A stretch of 64,000 bases of DNA, taken from positions 3,038,542 through 3,102,541 of the forward strand of contig OZ220742.1 in the NCBI GenBank assembly GCA_965116955.1, in the 5' to 3' direction. Position numbers and translations under genes: made by a program. This DNA is from Thermoanaerobaculia bacterium. Lineage in GTDB: Bacteria; Acidobacteriota; Thermoanaerobaculia; Multivoradales; Multivoraceae. The notes under the pieces are model-generated. The model worked only from the letters and a program-made list of their open reading frames with translations. It made no database searches and had not been told where the DNA came from. Positions 10,089 through 19,733 of this stretch are shown here, one piece after another (the first letter of the stretch is position 1; each line of letters starts with the position of its first letter).

Positions 10089-11348
10089 GTGCCGGCGATC
10101 GATCCGGCCATCGTCGAGGCGGCGCGCGGCCGCTACGACGCGGCCCGTGCGGCCGGACTCAGCCTCGACATGACACGGGGCAAGCCGTCGCCGGAGCAGC
10201 TCGCCAGGTCCCACGGTCTCCTGCGGGCAGTCGACCGGGAAGACGATCGGGCCGCCGACGGCACGGACTGCCGCAACTACGGCGGCGACCCGCGCGGCCT
10301 GCCGGAGATGCGGGCGATCTTCGGCGAGATCCTCGAGGTCGATCCGGACCTGGTCTTCGTCGGCGGCAACGCAAGCCTGCAGTGGATGCACGATCTGGTC
10401 GTGCAGGCGATGCTGGTCGGCGTGCCGGGCGGCGATCCCTGGGGCGGACCGAGACGGTCGACGCCGGTGAAGTTCCTCTGCCCCTGTCCCGGCTACGACC
10501 GCCACTTTTCCGTGCTGGAGCGCTACGGCATCGAGATGCTGCCGATCGGGATGGGCGACGACGGCCCGGACGTCGACGAGATCGCACGCCTTGCCGGCGA
10601 GGACCGGAACGTCAAGGGGATGTTCTGCGTGCCTCGCTACAGCAATCCGACCGGCGCGACCTACTCGGACGACGTGGTCGAGGCGATCGCCGCGATGCCA
10701 ACCGCGGCGCCGGACTTCCGCGTCATCTGGGACGACGCCTACGCCTTGCACGCCTTCGAGGGGGAGCCGGACCGGCTGGCGAACCTCTACGACCGTTGCG
10801 CCGCTCACGGCCACGGGGACCGACCGTTCATCGTCACCTCGTTCTCGAAGGTGACCTTCGGCGGCGCCGGTCTGGCCGCGGTAGCCGCGAGCCCCGCGAA
10901 CGGCGAGTGGATCCGGAGTTTCCGCTCGATCCAGACGATCGGACCGAACAAGCTGAACCAGCTCGCCCACGCCCGTTTCTTCGACGGCGGCCTCGCCAGC
11001 GTCCGGGAGCACATGCGGGGACACGCGGAGCTGATCCGGCCGAAGTTCGAGACCGTGCTGCGCGTCCTCGACGAGTCGCTGGGCGGCCTCGGCGTCGCGA
11101 CCTGGAGCCGGCCCCGGGGCGGCTACTTCGTGAGCCTGGACACGGAGCCCGGCTGCGCGCGGGCGGTGGTCGAGATGGCGGGCCGGGCCGGGGTGAAGCT
11201 GACGCCCGCCGGCGCTACCTTCCCGTACGGCGTCGATCCGCGGGACCGGAACATCCGCATCGCGCCGACACTGCCGGGTCTCTCCGAGATCGAGACCGCG
11301 ACCCGGCTGCTCGCCGACTGCGTCGTGCTGGTCAGCGCCGGCCAGTAG
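10089..11348 (+). CDS. PLP-dependent aminotransferase, class I/II fold
   Basis: SFSK PLP-lysine motif (FIVTSFSKVTFGGAGLA), NPTG motif and ~420 aa length. GTG start inferred. Confidence 0.7.
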   Translation: MPAIDPAIVEAARGRYDAARAAGLSLDMTRGKPSPEQLARSHGLLRAVDREDDRAADGTDCRNYGGDPRGLPEMRAIFGEILEVDPDLVFVGGNASLQWMHDLVVQAMLVGVPGGDPWGGPRRSTPVKFLCPCPGYDRHFSVLERYGIEMLPIGMGDDGPDVDEIARLAGEDRNVKGMFCVPRYSNPTGATYSDDVVEAIAAMPTAAPDFRVIWDDAYALHAFEGEPDRLANLYDRCAAHGHGDRPFIVTSFSKVTFGGAGLAAVAASPANGEWIRSFRSIQTIGPNKLNQLAHARFFDGGLASVREHMRGHAELIRPKFETVLRVLDESLGGLGVATWSRPRGGYFVSLDTEPGCARAVVEMAGRAGVKLTPAGATFPYGVDPRDRNIRIAPTLPGLSEIETATRLLADCVVLVSAGQ

Positions 11349-12689
11349 CTAGTCGATGTAGCCGAGGCTCTTCAACTGGCGGACGTCCTCCTCGCTGAGG
11401 ACGGTGCCGCTCTTCGCCTCGTACTTCGGCAGGTCCCGGTACCAGTTCACGAGACGGCGGCCGAGCGGCGGCACCAGGTCGACCGGCGGCGCGGGCAGCG
11501 GCCGCTCCTCCTGGGGGTCGGCGGTGAGATCGAAGTAGACGGTCTCCCGCTTCGAGAAGTCGTGCAGGACCTTGGCGCCGTCGAGCTCCATGCTGATCTG
11601 CAGGGGGTCGTCGTAGGGCGCGTTGCGGCGCGACCTCGCCAGCAGGGCGCTGTGCTTGTCGCCGATGACGTAGCGGGGACGCGCCTCGCCGGCCGGCTCG
11701 TCGCCGATCGGAACGAGGCTCCGTCCCGCGACGTCGGCGGGGCCTTCGAGCTCGAGCAGGTCGAGCACGGTCGGCAGAACGTCGACCACGCCGACCGCGG
11801 CGCTCACCCGCCGGCCCTCGGGAATCCCCGGGCCCGCGAGGATCATGGGTATGCGCGCGTTGGGCCAGTGGACGTTCTTGCCGTGTCCCCAGTACCCGTG
11901 CTCGCCCATGCTCTCGCCATGGTCGCTCAGGAACAGGGTGTAACGGGGGCCGGCCAGCAGTTCGTCGATCGCCTCGGACAGTCTGCCAAGCCAGTGGTCG
12001 ACGTAGTTCACTTCCGACTGGTAGCGCCAGCGCCGTTGCCAGCCGCCGCTGCGCTGCTCGCGGGGCGGCTGCGGGGGCGTGAAGCCCCTGCGTTCCAGGT
12101 AGGGGCTGTGTGGATCGGAGAAGTGGACCCAGAGGAAGAGGGGGCGCCCGCGCCGCTCCTCATCGCTGTCGCGGCGGCGCAGCCATCGCTCGGCGGCTCT
12201 GGCGATGTCATCGGCGTGGCGCTCCATCACGCCCACCGCATTCCGCGCTTCGGTGAACTCCTCGTCGTAGTGATCGAAACCGCGGTGCAGACCGACCAGG
12301 TCGGAACGCAGCGTCCAGTTCGAGATGAACGCCGCGGCTTCGTAGCCGGCCCCGCCCAGAATCTCGGCCAGGACGGGGATGTCGGCTCGCATCCGCTGGG
12401 CGTTTCGCCGCGCCCCGTGGGTGGGCGGGTAGAGGGAGGTGAAGATCGAGGCGAAGGCCGGTCCGGTCTTGCCGATCGTGGTGTGCGCGTCCTCGAACAG
12501 CACGCCCGCGGCGGCGAGGGCGTCGATTGTCGGCGTCGTGGCCGTCCCGCCGCCGTAGGCGCCGAGCGCGTCGGCGCGCAGCGTGTCCACGGAGAGCAGG
12601 ACGAGGTGCGGCTGGTCGGCCGGCAACGGCGCGCAGAGCGCGACCGCCAGCGCCGCGGTGACGGGGAGTCGTCGTCCGGCGAAGGTCAC
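11349..12689 (-). CDS. sulfatase-like hydrolase/transferase (alkaline phosphatase superfamily) with RR signal peptide
   Basis: LSVDTLRADALGAYGG metal-binding motif, WVHFSDPHSPY, SDHGESMGEHGYWGHGK. Start taken at GTG 12689 (VTFAGRRLPVTAALAVALCAPLPA signal), overlapping the upstream stop (GTGA). Confidence 0.7.
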   Translation of the reverse strand: MTFAGRRLPVTAALAVALCAPLPADQPHLVLLSVDTLRADALGAYGGGTATTPTIDALAAAGVLFEDAHTTIGKTGPAFASIFTSLYPPTHGARRNAQRMRADIPVLAEILGGAGYEAAAFISNWTLRSDLVGLHRGFDHYDEEFTEARNAVGVMERHADDIARAAERWLRRRDSDEERRGRPLFLWVHFSDPHSPYLERRGFTPPQPPREQRSGGWQRRWRYQSEVNYVDHWLGRLSEAIDELLAGPRYTLFLSDHGESMGEHGYWGHGKNVHWPNARIPMILAGPGIPEGRRVSAAVGVVDVLPTVLDLLELEGPADVAGRSLVPIGDEPAGEARPRYVIGDKHSALLARSRRNAPYDDPLQISMELDGAKVLHDFSKRETVYFDLTADPQEERPLPAPPVDLVPPLGRRLVNWYRDLPKYEAKSGTVLSEEDVRQLKSLGYID

Positions 12690-13621
12690 GCCGAGACGGC
12701 CCCGAAGGCGATCGCCTCCTCCTGGGTATCGATGTCGCGGGCCAGGGACATCGCGTCGACGACCGGCATTCGGACCTTCCGGTCGGGATGCCTGCGCCGG
12801 TGGCGTCGCTTGATGAACATGCGGCGCAGGGCCAGTTCCAGTTCGGACTGCTGGATGACCTTCTCCTTGAGGCGCCGCGCCGCGCGCGTGCCCGACAGCA
12901 GGGTGTCCCACGTAAACGTCGGCAGCCGGAGATTCAGGAGGTGGATGAAGTCCTGAACCAGCATGATCCAGAGAAGGCGTCGCGCCATGTAGGCGTTGCG
13001 ATAGAGGATCGGCCGGTTGCGTGTCCGGTAGCCGAGGTCCATCAACCGGTAGATGAACTTCCACCGGAGCGCCGCTGAGTCGAACATGGCCAGGTGGCCG
13101 GGTAGCACGGGGACGGGCTCGGAACCCCCCTCGGGCTTGACGTGGTACTGCGGCTTCCACCCGGATTCGCCGAGCCGCTCCGGGTCTCGCGGCGCCCTGA
13201 TCATTGGGAAGAAGAAATCCAGGGGGCTGTGGCTCCAGAAGTCGCCAACCACTGTCTTCATCTCGGCGGGGTCGGGAACGATGTCGCAGGTGACGATCGC
13301 GAGTGGTCCGTCGCCGTGCAGCCGGCGGGCCGTCTCGACGCCGACCTGGATGTTGCGGCCGAAGCCGCCGTCGGTGTCGACGGAGATCCCGTCAGGCAGG
13401 GACCGGTAGGCGTGACCCGGTCCGGCGACGTAGATCGGGTCGAAGGCGTCGACCTGGCGGATCCGCTCGATGACCAGCTCGATCAGCGGTCTGCCCCCGA
13501 TCTTCACGTCCACCCCCTTGATGCCGGCGAGCGGGTGCTTGGAACGTCCTCCCGGAGGCATGTAGGCGGGCCTGCGGTCACTGCCTCCCAGGATGACGAG
13601 TGGTACGGATTGATGGGCCAT
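12686..13621 (-). CDS. nucleotidyltransferase-family protein (MobA-like NTP-transferase fold)
   Basis: N-terminal LVILGGSDRR...GGRPLIELVIERI resembles nucleotide-binding motifs of sugar-phosphate or cofactor nucleotidyltransferases. Co-operonic with the sulfatase-like gene. Confidence 0.6.
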   Translation of the reverse strand: MAHQSVPLVILGGSDRRPAYMPPGGRSKHPLAGIKGVDVKIGGRPLIELVIERIRQVDAFDPIYVAGPGHAYRSLPDGISVDTDGGFGRNIQVGVETARRLHGDGPLAIVTCDIVPDPAEMKTVVGDFWSHSPLDFFFPMIRAPRDPERLGESGWKPQYHVKPEGGSEPVPVLPGHLAMFDSAALRWKFIYRLMDLGYRTRNRPILYRNAYMARRLLWIMLVQDFIHLLNLRLPTFTWDTLLSGTRAARRLKEKVIQQSELELALRRMFIKRRHRRRHPDRKVRMPVVDAMSLARDIDTQEEAIAFGAVSA

Positions 13622-13764
13622 CGGTCGTCTGTCCGGTTCTCTCGTCGGGACGGTCCGATTGTACGCCGGGGACTTCCGACACCCAAGACTCCATGTGAGC
13701 GCCCCCTGCTGGCGCTAGCATCCGACCGGCGACGGTCCTCGCCTGGGTCGCCGCCGCCTGTTCA

Positions 13765-14940
13765 ATGACCCTCCCTCCGCCGCCGACCCCCGAGGTCGTG
13801 GACCGCGACGATCGACTCGCCGACCTCGCCGAGCGTTGGCTGCGCGAGCCTGCCGTCGGCCTGGACACGGAGTTCGTGCGGGAGCGGACCTTCTTTGCCC
13901 GGCTTGGCCTGATTCAAGTGGCGGATTCGGAGGGCTGCTACCTCGTCGACATGGTCTCGATCAGGGATCGGGCGCCGCTGGTTGCCGTCGTCCAGGCACC
14001 GGAGGTGACGAAGGTGTTCCACTCGCCGAGCGAGGATCTGGAGATCTTCCACAACGCTCTGGGGCTGCCTCCGGTACCGCTGTTCGACTGCCAGGCCGCC
14101 GCCACCCTCTGCGGCCTGGGCGGTTCCCTGGGCTACGTCCACCTGGTCTCGCGGCTCTTCGACGTCGAACTGGGCAAGGGCGTGCAGCGGTCGAACTGGT
14201 TGCGGCGTCCACTCAGCGAGGAGCAGGTGCGGTACGCCGGTCTCGATGTGGCCTACCTGCTGCCGGCCCACGAGCGGCTGCAGGCGAGGCTCGATGAACT
14301 CGGTCGGGAAGCCTGGGCGGAAGAGGAGTTCGAGCGACTGCTGGAGAACGCCGAGGCGCGTCTGGACCCGAAGTGGTCCTACAGCCGGCTGCGGCGGCCG
14401 GGCATGTCCAGGCGTCAACTGGCCGTGCTCCAGGCCGTGTGCGGGTGGCGAGAGGGCCGGGCCCGCCGGCGGGACGTGCCCCGGGGTTTCGTGCTGAAGG
14501 ACGAGACCCTGGTCGACCTGGCACGACGCCTGCCGCGGACGTCGGAGGACCTGGCCCCGGTGAAGAGCTTGGGGCCGCGCCAGGCCCGGCGGTACGGGCC
14601 GAAGCTGCGCGAGCTGGTGCGGGCCGCCCGTTCGCTGCCGGAGGAGCGGCTCCCCGACCGTCTGGAACGCTCCGGCAGGCGATCGTCGAGCGGCCTGTCG
14701 GATGGGCTTCGGAAGCTGGTTGGGAGAGTCGCCGCCGATCTCGACGTCCCGGCCGAGTTCGTCGTCCCCAGGAGGGCTCTCGAAGCCTGGGCGGCGCGGA
14801 CTCTCGAGCGGGGCAGGTGGGTCTGGCCGGCGGAGGTCGATGGCTGGCGCCGCTCGGTACTCGAGCCGGAGGTGGAACGTTCTGCTCTACTCGAGTCTGG
14901 TGTCGCCAGGATGCGGAGGAACAGGTCGCGGCGCCGCTGA
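13765..14940 (+). CDS. rnd: ribonuclease D (DEDDy 3'-5' exonuclease + HRDC)
   Basis: GLDTEFVRERTFFARLGLIQVA exonuclease motif I, the YAGLDVAYLL motif, and C-terminal HRDC-like region (QLAVLQAVCGWREGRARRRDVPRGFVLKDETLVDLARRLP). Confidence 0.85.
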   Translation: MTLPPPPTPEVVDRDDRLADLAERWLREPAVGLDTEFVRERTFFARLGLIQVADSEGCYLVDMVSIRDRAPLVAVVQAPEVTKVFHSPSEDLEIFHNALGLPPVPLFDCQAAATLCGLGGSLGYVHLVSRLFDVELGKGVQRSNWLRRPLSEEQVRYAGLDVAYLLPAHERLQARLDELGREAWAEEEFERLLENAEARLDPKWSYSRLRRPGMSRRQLAVLQAVCGWREGRARRRDVPRGFVLKDETLVDLARRLPRTSEDLAPVKSLGPRQARRYGPKLRELVRAARSLPEERLPDRLERSGRRSSSGLSDGLRKLVGRVAADLDVPAEFVVPRRALEAWAARTLERGRWVWPAEVDGWRRSVLEPEVERSALLESGVARMRRNRSRRR

Positions 14941-14965
14941 AGCGTTGCCGGTAGAGTCCGCCGCC

Positions 14966-15577
14966 GTGAAAGAGGTTGTCGCGCAGGCACACGACATCGG
15001 CGACCTGTACGGCCTGTTCGGCCGGCGGGCGCCGGAGGCCGTGGTCGTATCGCGGGCTGCCGTTCCGCGGCCCCAGCGTGATCTCCTGGATCACGAGGAC
15101 CACATGACGGTCACCCTGGAGGCTCACCACGGTGACCTGGTCGACGTCGAGGTCCTGGATCGCGTTGCGTACGACGGGCGCTACGCGCGGAGGATCCTCC
15201 TGCGCCGGGCTACGGGCCCTGAGTGCGCACCGTCGCCGAAATCGGGCGCCGTCGTCATGTTCGGCATCGTGCTCCTGGACCTTCGCTTCGCGACGGAAGG
15301 CGCGCGGCGCGAGATCCTCGGCGAGTCGACGCCGCTCGGTCATGTGCTGATCCGGCACAGTCGTTTGCGGCGGATCAGCACTCACTGTCTGCTGGAGATC
15401 GAGCCGGACGAGGAACTTCGCCGGCACTTCGGTCTGGGCGCCTGCGTCACGGGAGAGGGCGGACGGTCGCGGGTCCATGGCCGCCTGGCGACGATCTTCT
15501 GTGACGAGCAGCCGGCGGTCGAACTACTGGAAGTGGTGCCTCCCGGCCCGGCCGCCGCGTCTTCGCCCCCGACCTGA
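14966..15577 (+). CDS. chorismate pyruvate-lyase-like (UbiC/DUF98 fold) protein; start uncertain
   Basis: Collinear resemblance to E. coli UbiC blocks: HMTVTLEA vs SMTKRFEQ, LGESTPLGHVLI vs LGKTPLGRYLF, GRSRVHGRL vs GRRSRLRL. GTG 14966 is the first plausible start after the rnd stop. Confidence 0.45.
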   Translation: MKEVVAQAHDIGDLYGLFGRRAPEAVVVSRAAVPRPQRDLLDHEDHMTVTLEAHHGDLVDVEVLDRVAYDGRYARRILLRRATGPECAPSPKSGAVVMFGIVLLDLRFATEGARREILGESTPLGHVLIRHSRLRRISTHCLLEIEPDEELRRHFGLGACVTGEGGRSRVHGRLATIFCDEQPAVELLEVVPPGPAAASSPPT

Positions 15578-15687
15578 CGCCGGCGCCCTCCGAAGACGCC
15601 TGCCGCCGGGTGCGCGGGTCTTCTGACCCGCCGCCGCCGCAGGCGGCTTCGACTTGTGCCGGCCGCCAGGCCGGCACCGCTCCGCCG

Positions 15688-16674
15688 TCAGGCGCGTTCC
15701 GCGGGGAACGCGACGAGTTCGTCGATGCGCCCGGCTCCAAGTTCGAGTCCGAGCAGCCGGTCGAAACCAAGCGCCACTCCCGCGCAGGGCGGGAGCCCCG
15801 ACTCCAGCGCCGCCAGGAACCGGGACGGCATCGGCGGTAGCGGTCGGCCGGTTTCGCGGCGGCTGGCCAGGTCGTTTTCGAGGCGCTGCCGCTGTTCGGC
15901 CGGATCGCGGAGTTCGCCGTAGCCGTTGGCGAGTTCGATCTCTCCGACGTAGGCCTCGAAACGCTCGGCGGTGCGGGGATCGGAGGCGTTCAACCGCGCC
16001 ATCGCGGCCTGGGAGGCGGGATAGTCGAAGACGACGGTGACGTGGTCGGGCGCGAACCGGGGCTCGACCCGTTCGCCGAACAGCCGCGAGAGCAGGTCGT
16101 CCCGGTCGAGGCCGCCGGTGTCGACGGGCGAAGGGGTGTCCTCGACGGCCTGCCGGAGAGCTTCGGTCGAGGAGTCGTACGGATCGACTCCGGCGTGACG
16201 CTGCAGGAGATCGGCGTAGCTCGCGTAGACCGCCGGCTCCAGGCGGCGCGAACCGGCGAGCAGGGTCTCGATCAGGGCCGCGACCTCCCTCATCAGGCGG
16301 TGCACGTCCCATCCCACGCGATACCACTCGAGGATCGTGAACTCGGGGTTGTGCCAGCGGCCGCGCTCGCCGCCACGGAACGCCTTGCACACCTGGTAGA
16401 TCGAACCGGAACCCGCGGCGAGCAGGCGTTTCATCGCCAGTTCCGGCGAGGTCTGGAGGTACATCCGCTCGCCCTCGACGCCCGGCGCATCGACCCGGGA
16501 GCTCAGGGGGTTCAGGTGCCGGTCGAGGGTGGTTTCGGCGGACAGCAGCGGGGTTTCGACCTCGAGCACCCCTCGCTCGGCGAAGAAGGCGCGCAACTCG
16601 GCCAGCATGGCCGCCCGTCGTTGCAGGGCGGTCAGCCCGGCGGTGGGCCGCCAATCCGCGGCGTCGCCCGTCAC
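15688..16674 (-). CDS. epmA: EF-P--(R)-beta-lysine ligase EpmA (PoxA/GenX, LysRS paralog)
   Basis: Near-collinear match to E. coli EpmA (RAAMLAELRAFFAERGVLEVETP, HNPEFTILEWYR, GVALGFDRL). GTG start at 16674 lies 8 nt after the efp stop. Confidence 0.85.
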   Translation of the reverse strand: MTGDAADWRPTAGLTALQRRAAMLAELRAFFAERGVLEVETPLLSAETTLDRHLNPLSSRVDAPGVEGERMYLQTSPELAMKRLLAAGSGSIYQVCKAFRGGERGRWHNPEFTILEWYRVGWDVHRLMREVAALIETLLAGSRRLEPAVYASYADLLQRHAGVDPYDSSTEALRQAVEDTPSPVDTGGLDRDDLLSRLFGERVEPRFAPDHVTVVFDYPASQAAMARLNASDPRTAERFEAYVGEIELANGYGELRDPAEQRQRLENDLASRRETGRPLPPMPSRFLAALESGLPPCAGVALGFDRLLGLELGAGRIDELVAFPAERA

Positions 16675-16682
16675 CGTCCGCC

Positions 16683-17252
16683 TTAGGTCTTGCCGCGGGA
16701 AACGTACTCGCCGGTGCGGGTGTCGACCCGGATGGACTCGCCGGTCTGGATGAAGAGCGGCACCTTGACGACCGCGCCGGTCTCGAGCTTTGCCGGCTTG
16801 TTGCCGCCGCTTGAGGTGTCTCCCTTGAGCCCGGGGTCCGTTTCGACCACCTCCCGGACGACGAAGTTCGGCGCCGCGACGAGGATCGGATGGCCGTTCC
16901 AGAGCGTCACGTTGCAGATGTCCTCTTCCTTGATCCACTGCTCGGCGCCGCCGAGGGCCGAGGCGTCGGCCTCGACCTGGTCGTAGGTGTCGGGGTTCAT
17001 GAAGAACCAGTGCTCGCCGTCGGTGTAGAGGTACTGCATCGAGGTCTCGATGACGTCGGCGCCTTCGAGCAGGTCGCCCGGCTTGTAGGTCTTCTCGTTG
17101 ACCCGCCCGTTCAGGAGGTTGCGCATCTTGACCCGGGTGAACGCCTGGCCCTTGCCGGGTTTGATGAAATCGCACGCGATGATCACGTTCGGCTCGCCGC
17201 TTTCGAGCACCTTGAGCCCGGTGCGGACCTGGTTCATGTTGTAGCTGGCCAT
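16683..17252 (-). CDS. efp: translation elongation factor P
   Basis: [15 protein letters not shown] loop with conserved Lys, 189 aa, three OB-like domain pattern. Confidence 0.9.
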   Translation of the reverse strand: MASYNMNQVRTGLKVLESGEPNVIIACDFIKPGKGQAFTRVKMRNLLNGRVNEKTYKPGDLLEGADVIETSMQYLYTDGEHWFFMNPDTYDQVEADASALGGAEQWIKEEDICNVTLWNGHPILVAAPNFVVREVVETDPGLKGDTSSGGNKPAKLETGAVVKVPLFIQTGESIRVDTRTGEYVSRGKT

Positions 17253-17419
17253 CGGTCCCGAAACGTCCCTCCGTCGACGCCTCCCGCTGCGGCGAACCCT
17301 AGCAGCAGGGCGCCGGTGAAACCCGCCGCCTCCTGGCTCCGTTGTAAGGCGGTAAGGGCGGCAGATCCCGGCCCTCCCCGGCCGCGACGGAAGCCCTGCC
17401 CCGAACCAGGGAGAGCGAA

Positions 17420-18625
17420 ATGACCAACCAGCCTTCGATGCCTGCTCCGGATCCCGACGCTTCGATCAGTCGCTGCGGCCCGCTAGTCGCCCGTGGCGGC
17501 CTGACAGTCGCCTCGCTGGTCGCGGCGACCTTCCTCTCGGCGCCGGCGTTCGCCGAGTTCGACGAGAGCCACCGCTTCGACGCCCGTTCGCTGGAAGTCA
17601 CGAACCTGATCGGTAAGGTCGACATCGGACAGGCGACCGGCGACGAATTCGAGGTCGAGGTTTCCGTGCGCGGCGCCGACGGCGTGCGGCGGAACATCAG
17701 CATCGAGCAGGAGCGCGGTTCCCGCGCCCGGCTGAACGTTGTCTTCCCGGTCGACGACGAGCGCCGGTTCGTGTATCCGGAGTTCAGCCGCCGGCGGGCT
17801 CAGCTCTGGTTCCGCGAGGGTCGATCCAGCAGCCTGCTGGGGGAGATCCTGCGGGCCGTCTCGGGTCGTCGGATCCGGATCCAGCGGAGCGGGAGCGGCA
17901 TGGAGGTCTGGGCCGACCTGACGATCCGCGTGCCCGAGGGGGCGTCGCTCACGCTCGAGCACGGGGCCGGAGACGTGGAAATCCGGGACGTCGTCGCGGA
18001 TCTGGAGGTCGACGTGAAGGCCGGCATGGCCGAAGCGGCCGGCCTTGACGGCGACGTGAAGCTCGACGTCGGCAGCGGTGGACTGGCGGTGCGGGACGTG
18101 CGCGGCCGACTCATCATGGACACGGGAAGCGGCGGCGCAAGTCTAGAGGGCTTTGAGGGTTCGGTGCTCTCGATCGACACCGGCAGCGGTTCGGTGGTGG
18201 TGACGGCGGTGGCCGCCGAGGCGATCGACATCGACACGGGCAGCGGCGGGGTTACGGTGGACGGCCTGGAGGCCGAACGTTTCCTGATCGACACGGGGAG
18301 CGGCAGCGTGCGAGTCGAGTCCGCGGGCGCCGACTCGGCCGTGATCGACACGGGCAGCGGCAGGGTGCACCTGGCCCTCGAGCGGATGGGCGACGGCAGG
18401 TTCGAGATCGACACCGGCTCAGGCGGCATCGTCATGCTGGTTCCGGACGATCTGTCGGCCCGGTTCGACATCGACATCGGCAGCGGCGGCATCGACGTCG
18501 ACGTGCCGATCGCGAAGACGCTGCACAAGTCGCGGGGCGAGATGCGGTTCATCGCCGGCGACGGCGATGCCAGCGTCGTCCTCGACACGGGCTCGGGAAG
18601 CGTCCGCGTCGCGAGCGTGAACTGA
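17420..18625 (+). CDS. secreted DUF4097-like repeat protein (putative adhesin/beta-helix)
   Basis: Signal peptide followed by about 8 tandem repeats containing DTGSG(S/G)V / IDTGSGG motifs. Confidence 0.7.
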   Translation: MTNQPSMPAPDPDASISRCGPLVARGGLTVASLVAATFLSAPAFAEFDESHRFDARSLEVTNLIGKVDIGQATGDEFEVEVSVRGADGVRRNISIEQERGSRARLNVVFPVDDERRFVYPEFSRRRAQLWFREGRSSSLLGEILRAVSGRRIRIQRSGSGMEVWADLTIRVPEGASLTLEHGAGDVEIRDVVADLEVDVKAGMAEAAGLDGDVKLDVGSGGLAVRDVRGRLIMDTGSGGASLEGFEGSVLSIDTGSGSVVVTAVAAEAIDIDTGSGGVTVDGLEAERFLIDTGSGSVRVESAGADSAVIDTGSGRVHLALERMGDGRFEIDTGSGGIVMLVPDDLSARFDIDIGSGGIDVDVPIAKTLHKSRGEMRFIAGDGDASVVLDTGSGSVRVASVN

Positions 18626-18626
18626 T

Positions 18627-18652
18627 CGACTAGACGCAGGCGGCTCTAGTCG
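18627..18652. terminator. 8-bp perfect inverted repeat (cgactaga...tctagtcg) between convergent DUF4097 and EVE genes; possible bidirectional terminator
   Basis: Hairpin starts 2 nt after the DUF4097 stop and overlaps the EVE gene stop codon. No U-tract. Confidence 0.3.
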
Positions 18653-19131
18653 GCGTCGGAGACGCCGGCCATCGCGCAGACGATCCGCCATTCCCGTTCG
18701 GTCACCGGCTGGACGGAGAGCCGCTGGCCCCGGCGGAGCAGGGCCATTCCCTCCAGATCGGGTCGCTGTCGCAGTTCGGCCAGCGGGACGGGCTCGTCGA
18801 ACTTGCACTCGAACTCGATGTCGACGAGGTACCAGCGGGGATTCTCCGGGTCCGCCTTCGGGTCGTAGTGGGAATCGTCCGGGTCGAACTGGGTCGGATC
18901 GGGGTAGGACTCGCTGCACACCCGGGCGAGACCGACGACGGCCGTCGGCTTCGCGTTCGAGTGGTAGTAGAGAACCCCGTCGCCGATGCGCATCCGGTCC
19001 CGCATCAGGTTGCGCGCCTGGTAGTTCCGCACGCCGTCCCAGTACGTCTTGCCGTCGCGCTCAAGGTCGTCGATCGAGTACTCGCCCGGCTCGCTCTTCA
19101 TCAGCCAGTACTGGCGGGGTTCATCGGTCAT
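18646..19131 (-). CDS. standalone EVE-domain (PUA-like) protein
   Basis: YWLMKSEPGEYSIDDL...DGVRNYQARNLMRDRMRIGDGVLYYHS is typical of the EVE/THYN1 fold. ATG at 19131 is preceded by an AAGGAGA RBS. The upstream 54 codons of the track ORF are not counted. Confidence 0.8.
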   Translation of the reverse strand: MTDEPRQYWLMKSEPGEYSIDDLERDGKTYWDGVRNYQARNLMRDRMRIGDGVLYYHSNAKPTAVVGLARVCSESYPDPTQFDPDDSHYDPKADPENPRWYLVDIEFECKFDEPVPLAELRQRPDLEGMALLRRGQRLSVQPVTEREWRIVCAMAGVSDAD

Positions 19132-19211
19132 TTGCGGTCTCCTTGCAGTGGCGAGAGTCCCGTATTCTGCCCTGCCTTCGGCAGGAGGGTCGGATACCAT
19201 CGCGGACAGCG

Positions 19212-19730
19212 ATGGGCATGAAGAAGGAACGGTCGGCGACACGACCGGGTTCATCCCGGAAGGGGAAGTACGCGGGCCTGTTCCGCAATCCACGGATCCG
19301 AACCCGGTCCTCGGCGGCGCGGGTGTCCGAGGCCGCGCGTGCCCAGAGTCCGGGCCCGCCCGGAAGCCCTCGTAGCCGGTTGCCCGGGCCGATTCAGTTC
19401 GTGCTGAAGCTGGCAGGATCCTGGCGTCTGAGTCAGGATGAACTTGCCGGCCTGCTTGGATTCGGCCCGGGAGACGCAGCCCACGCGGCGGCGCTGCTGG
19501 CGGGAAGAGCCGAGCTTCACGGCCGGGATGTTCGCGACCGGATCGCCCACCTGTTCCGCATAAGAGAGACGCTCTATTCGCTCTTCCGGGACCTGGAAGT
19601 CGAGAACGAGTGGCTGCGAGAGCCCCACGAGCTCCTTGCAGGCAAGTCGCCGATGTCGTTGATGGTCGGCGGCTCGATGGAAGACCTGCTCCTGGTCAGA
19701 GAGTACGTGGACGAGGTCGCCGGGTCGTAG
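19212..19730 (+). CDS. Xre/ParS/MbcA-type antitoxin (DUF2384 toxin-binding domain); start uncertain
   Basis: C-terminal ENEWLREPHELLAGKSPMSLMVGGSMEDLLLVREYVDEVA matches the DUF2384 antitoxin signature. It precedes the RES gene by 3 nt. Alternative GTG start near 19392. Confidence 0.7.
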   Translation: MGMKKERSATRPGSSRKGKYAGLFRNPRIRTRSSAARVSEAARAQSPGPPGSPRSRLPGPIQFVLKLAGSWRLSQDELAGLLGFGPGDAAHAAALLAGRAELHGRDVRDRIAHLFRIRETLYSLFRDLEVENEWLREPHELLAGKSPMSLMVGGSMEDLLLVREYVDEVAGS

Positions 19731-19733
19731 ACC

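Noticed and set aside
14213-16654. ORFs 14213-15478 (-), 15524-16654 (-) and 14702-14965 (+ N-terminal extension of the UbiC-like ORF)
   Set aside because: Pro/Arg/Ala low-complexity translations. They overlap rnd and epmA, which are well supported.
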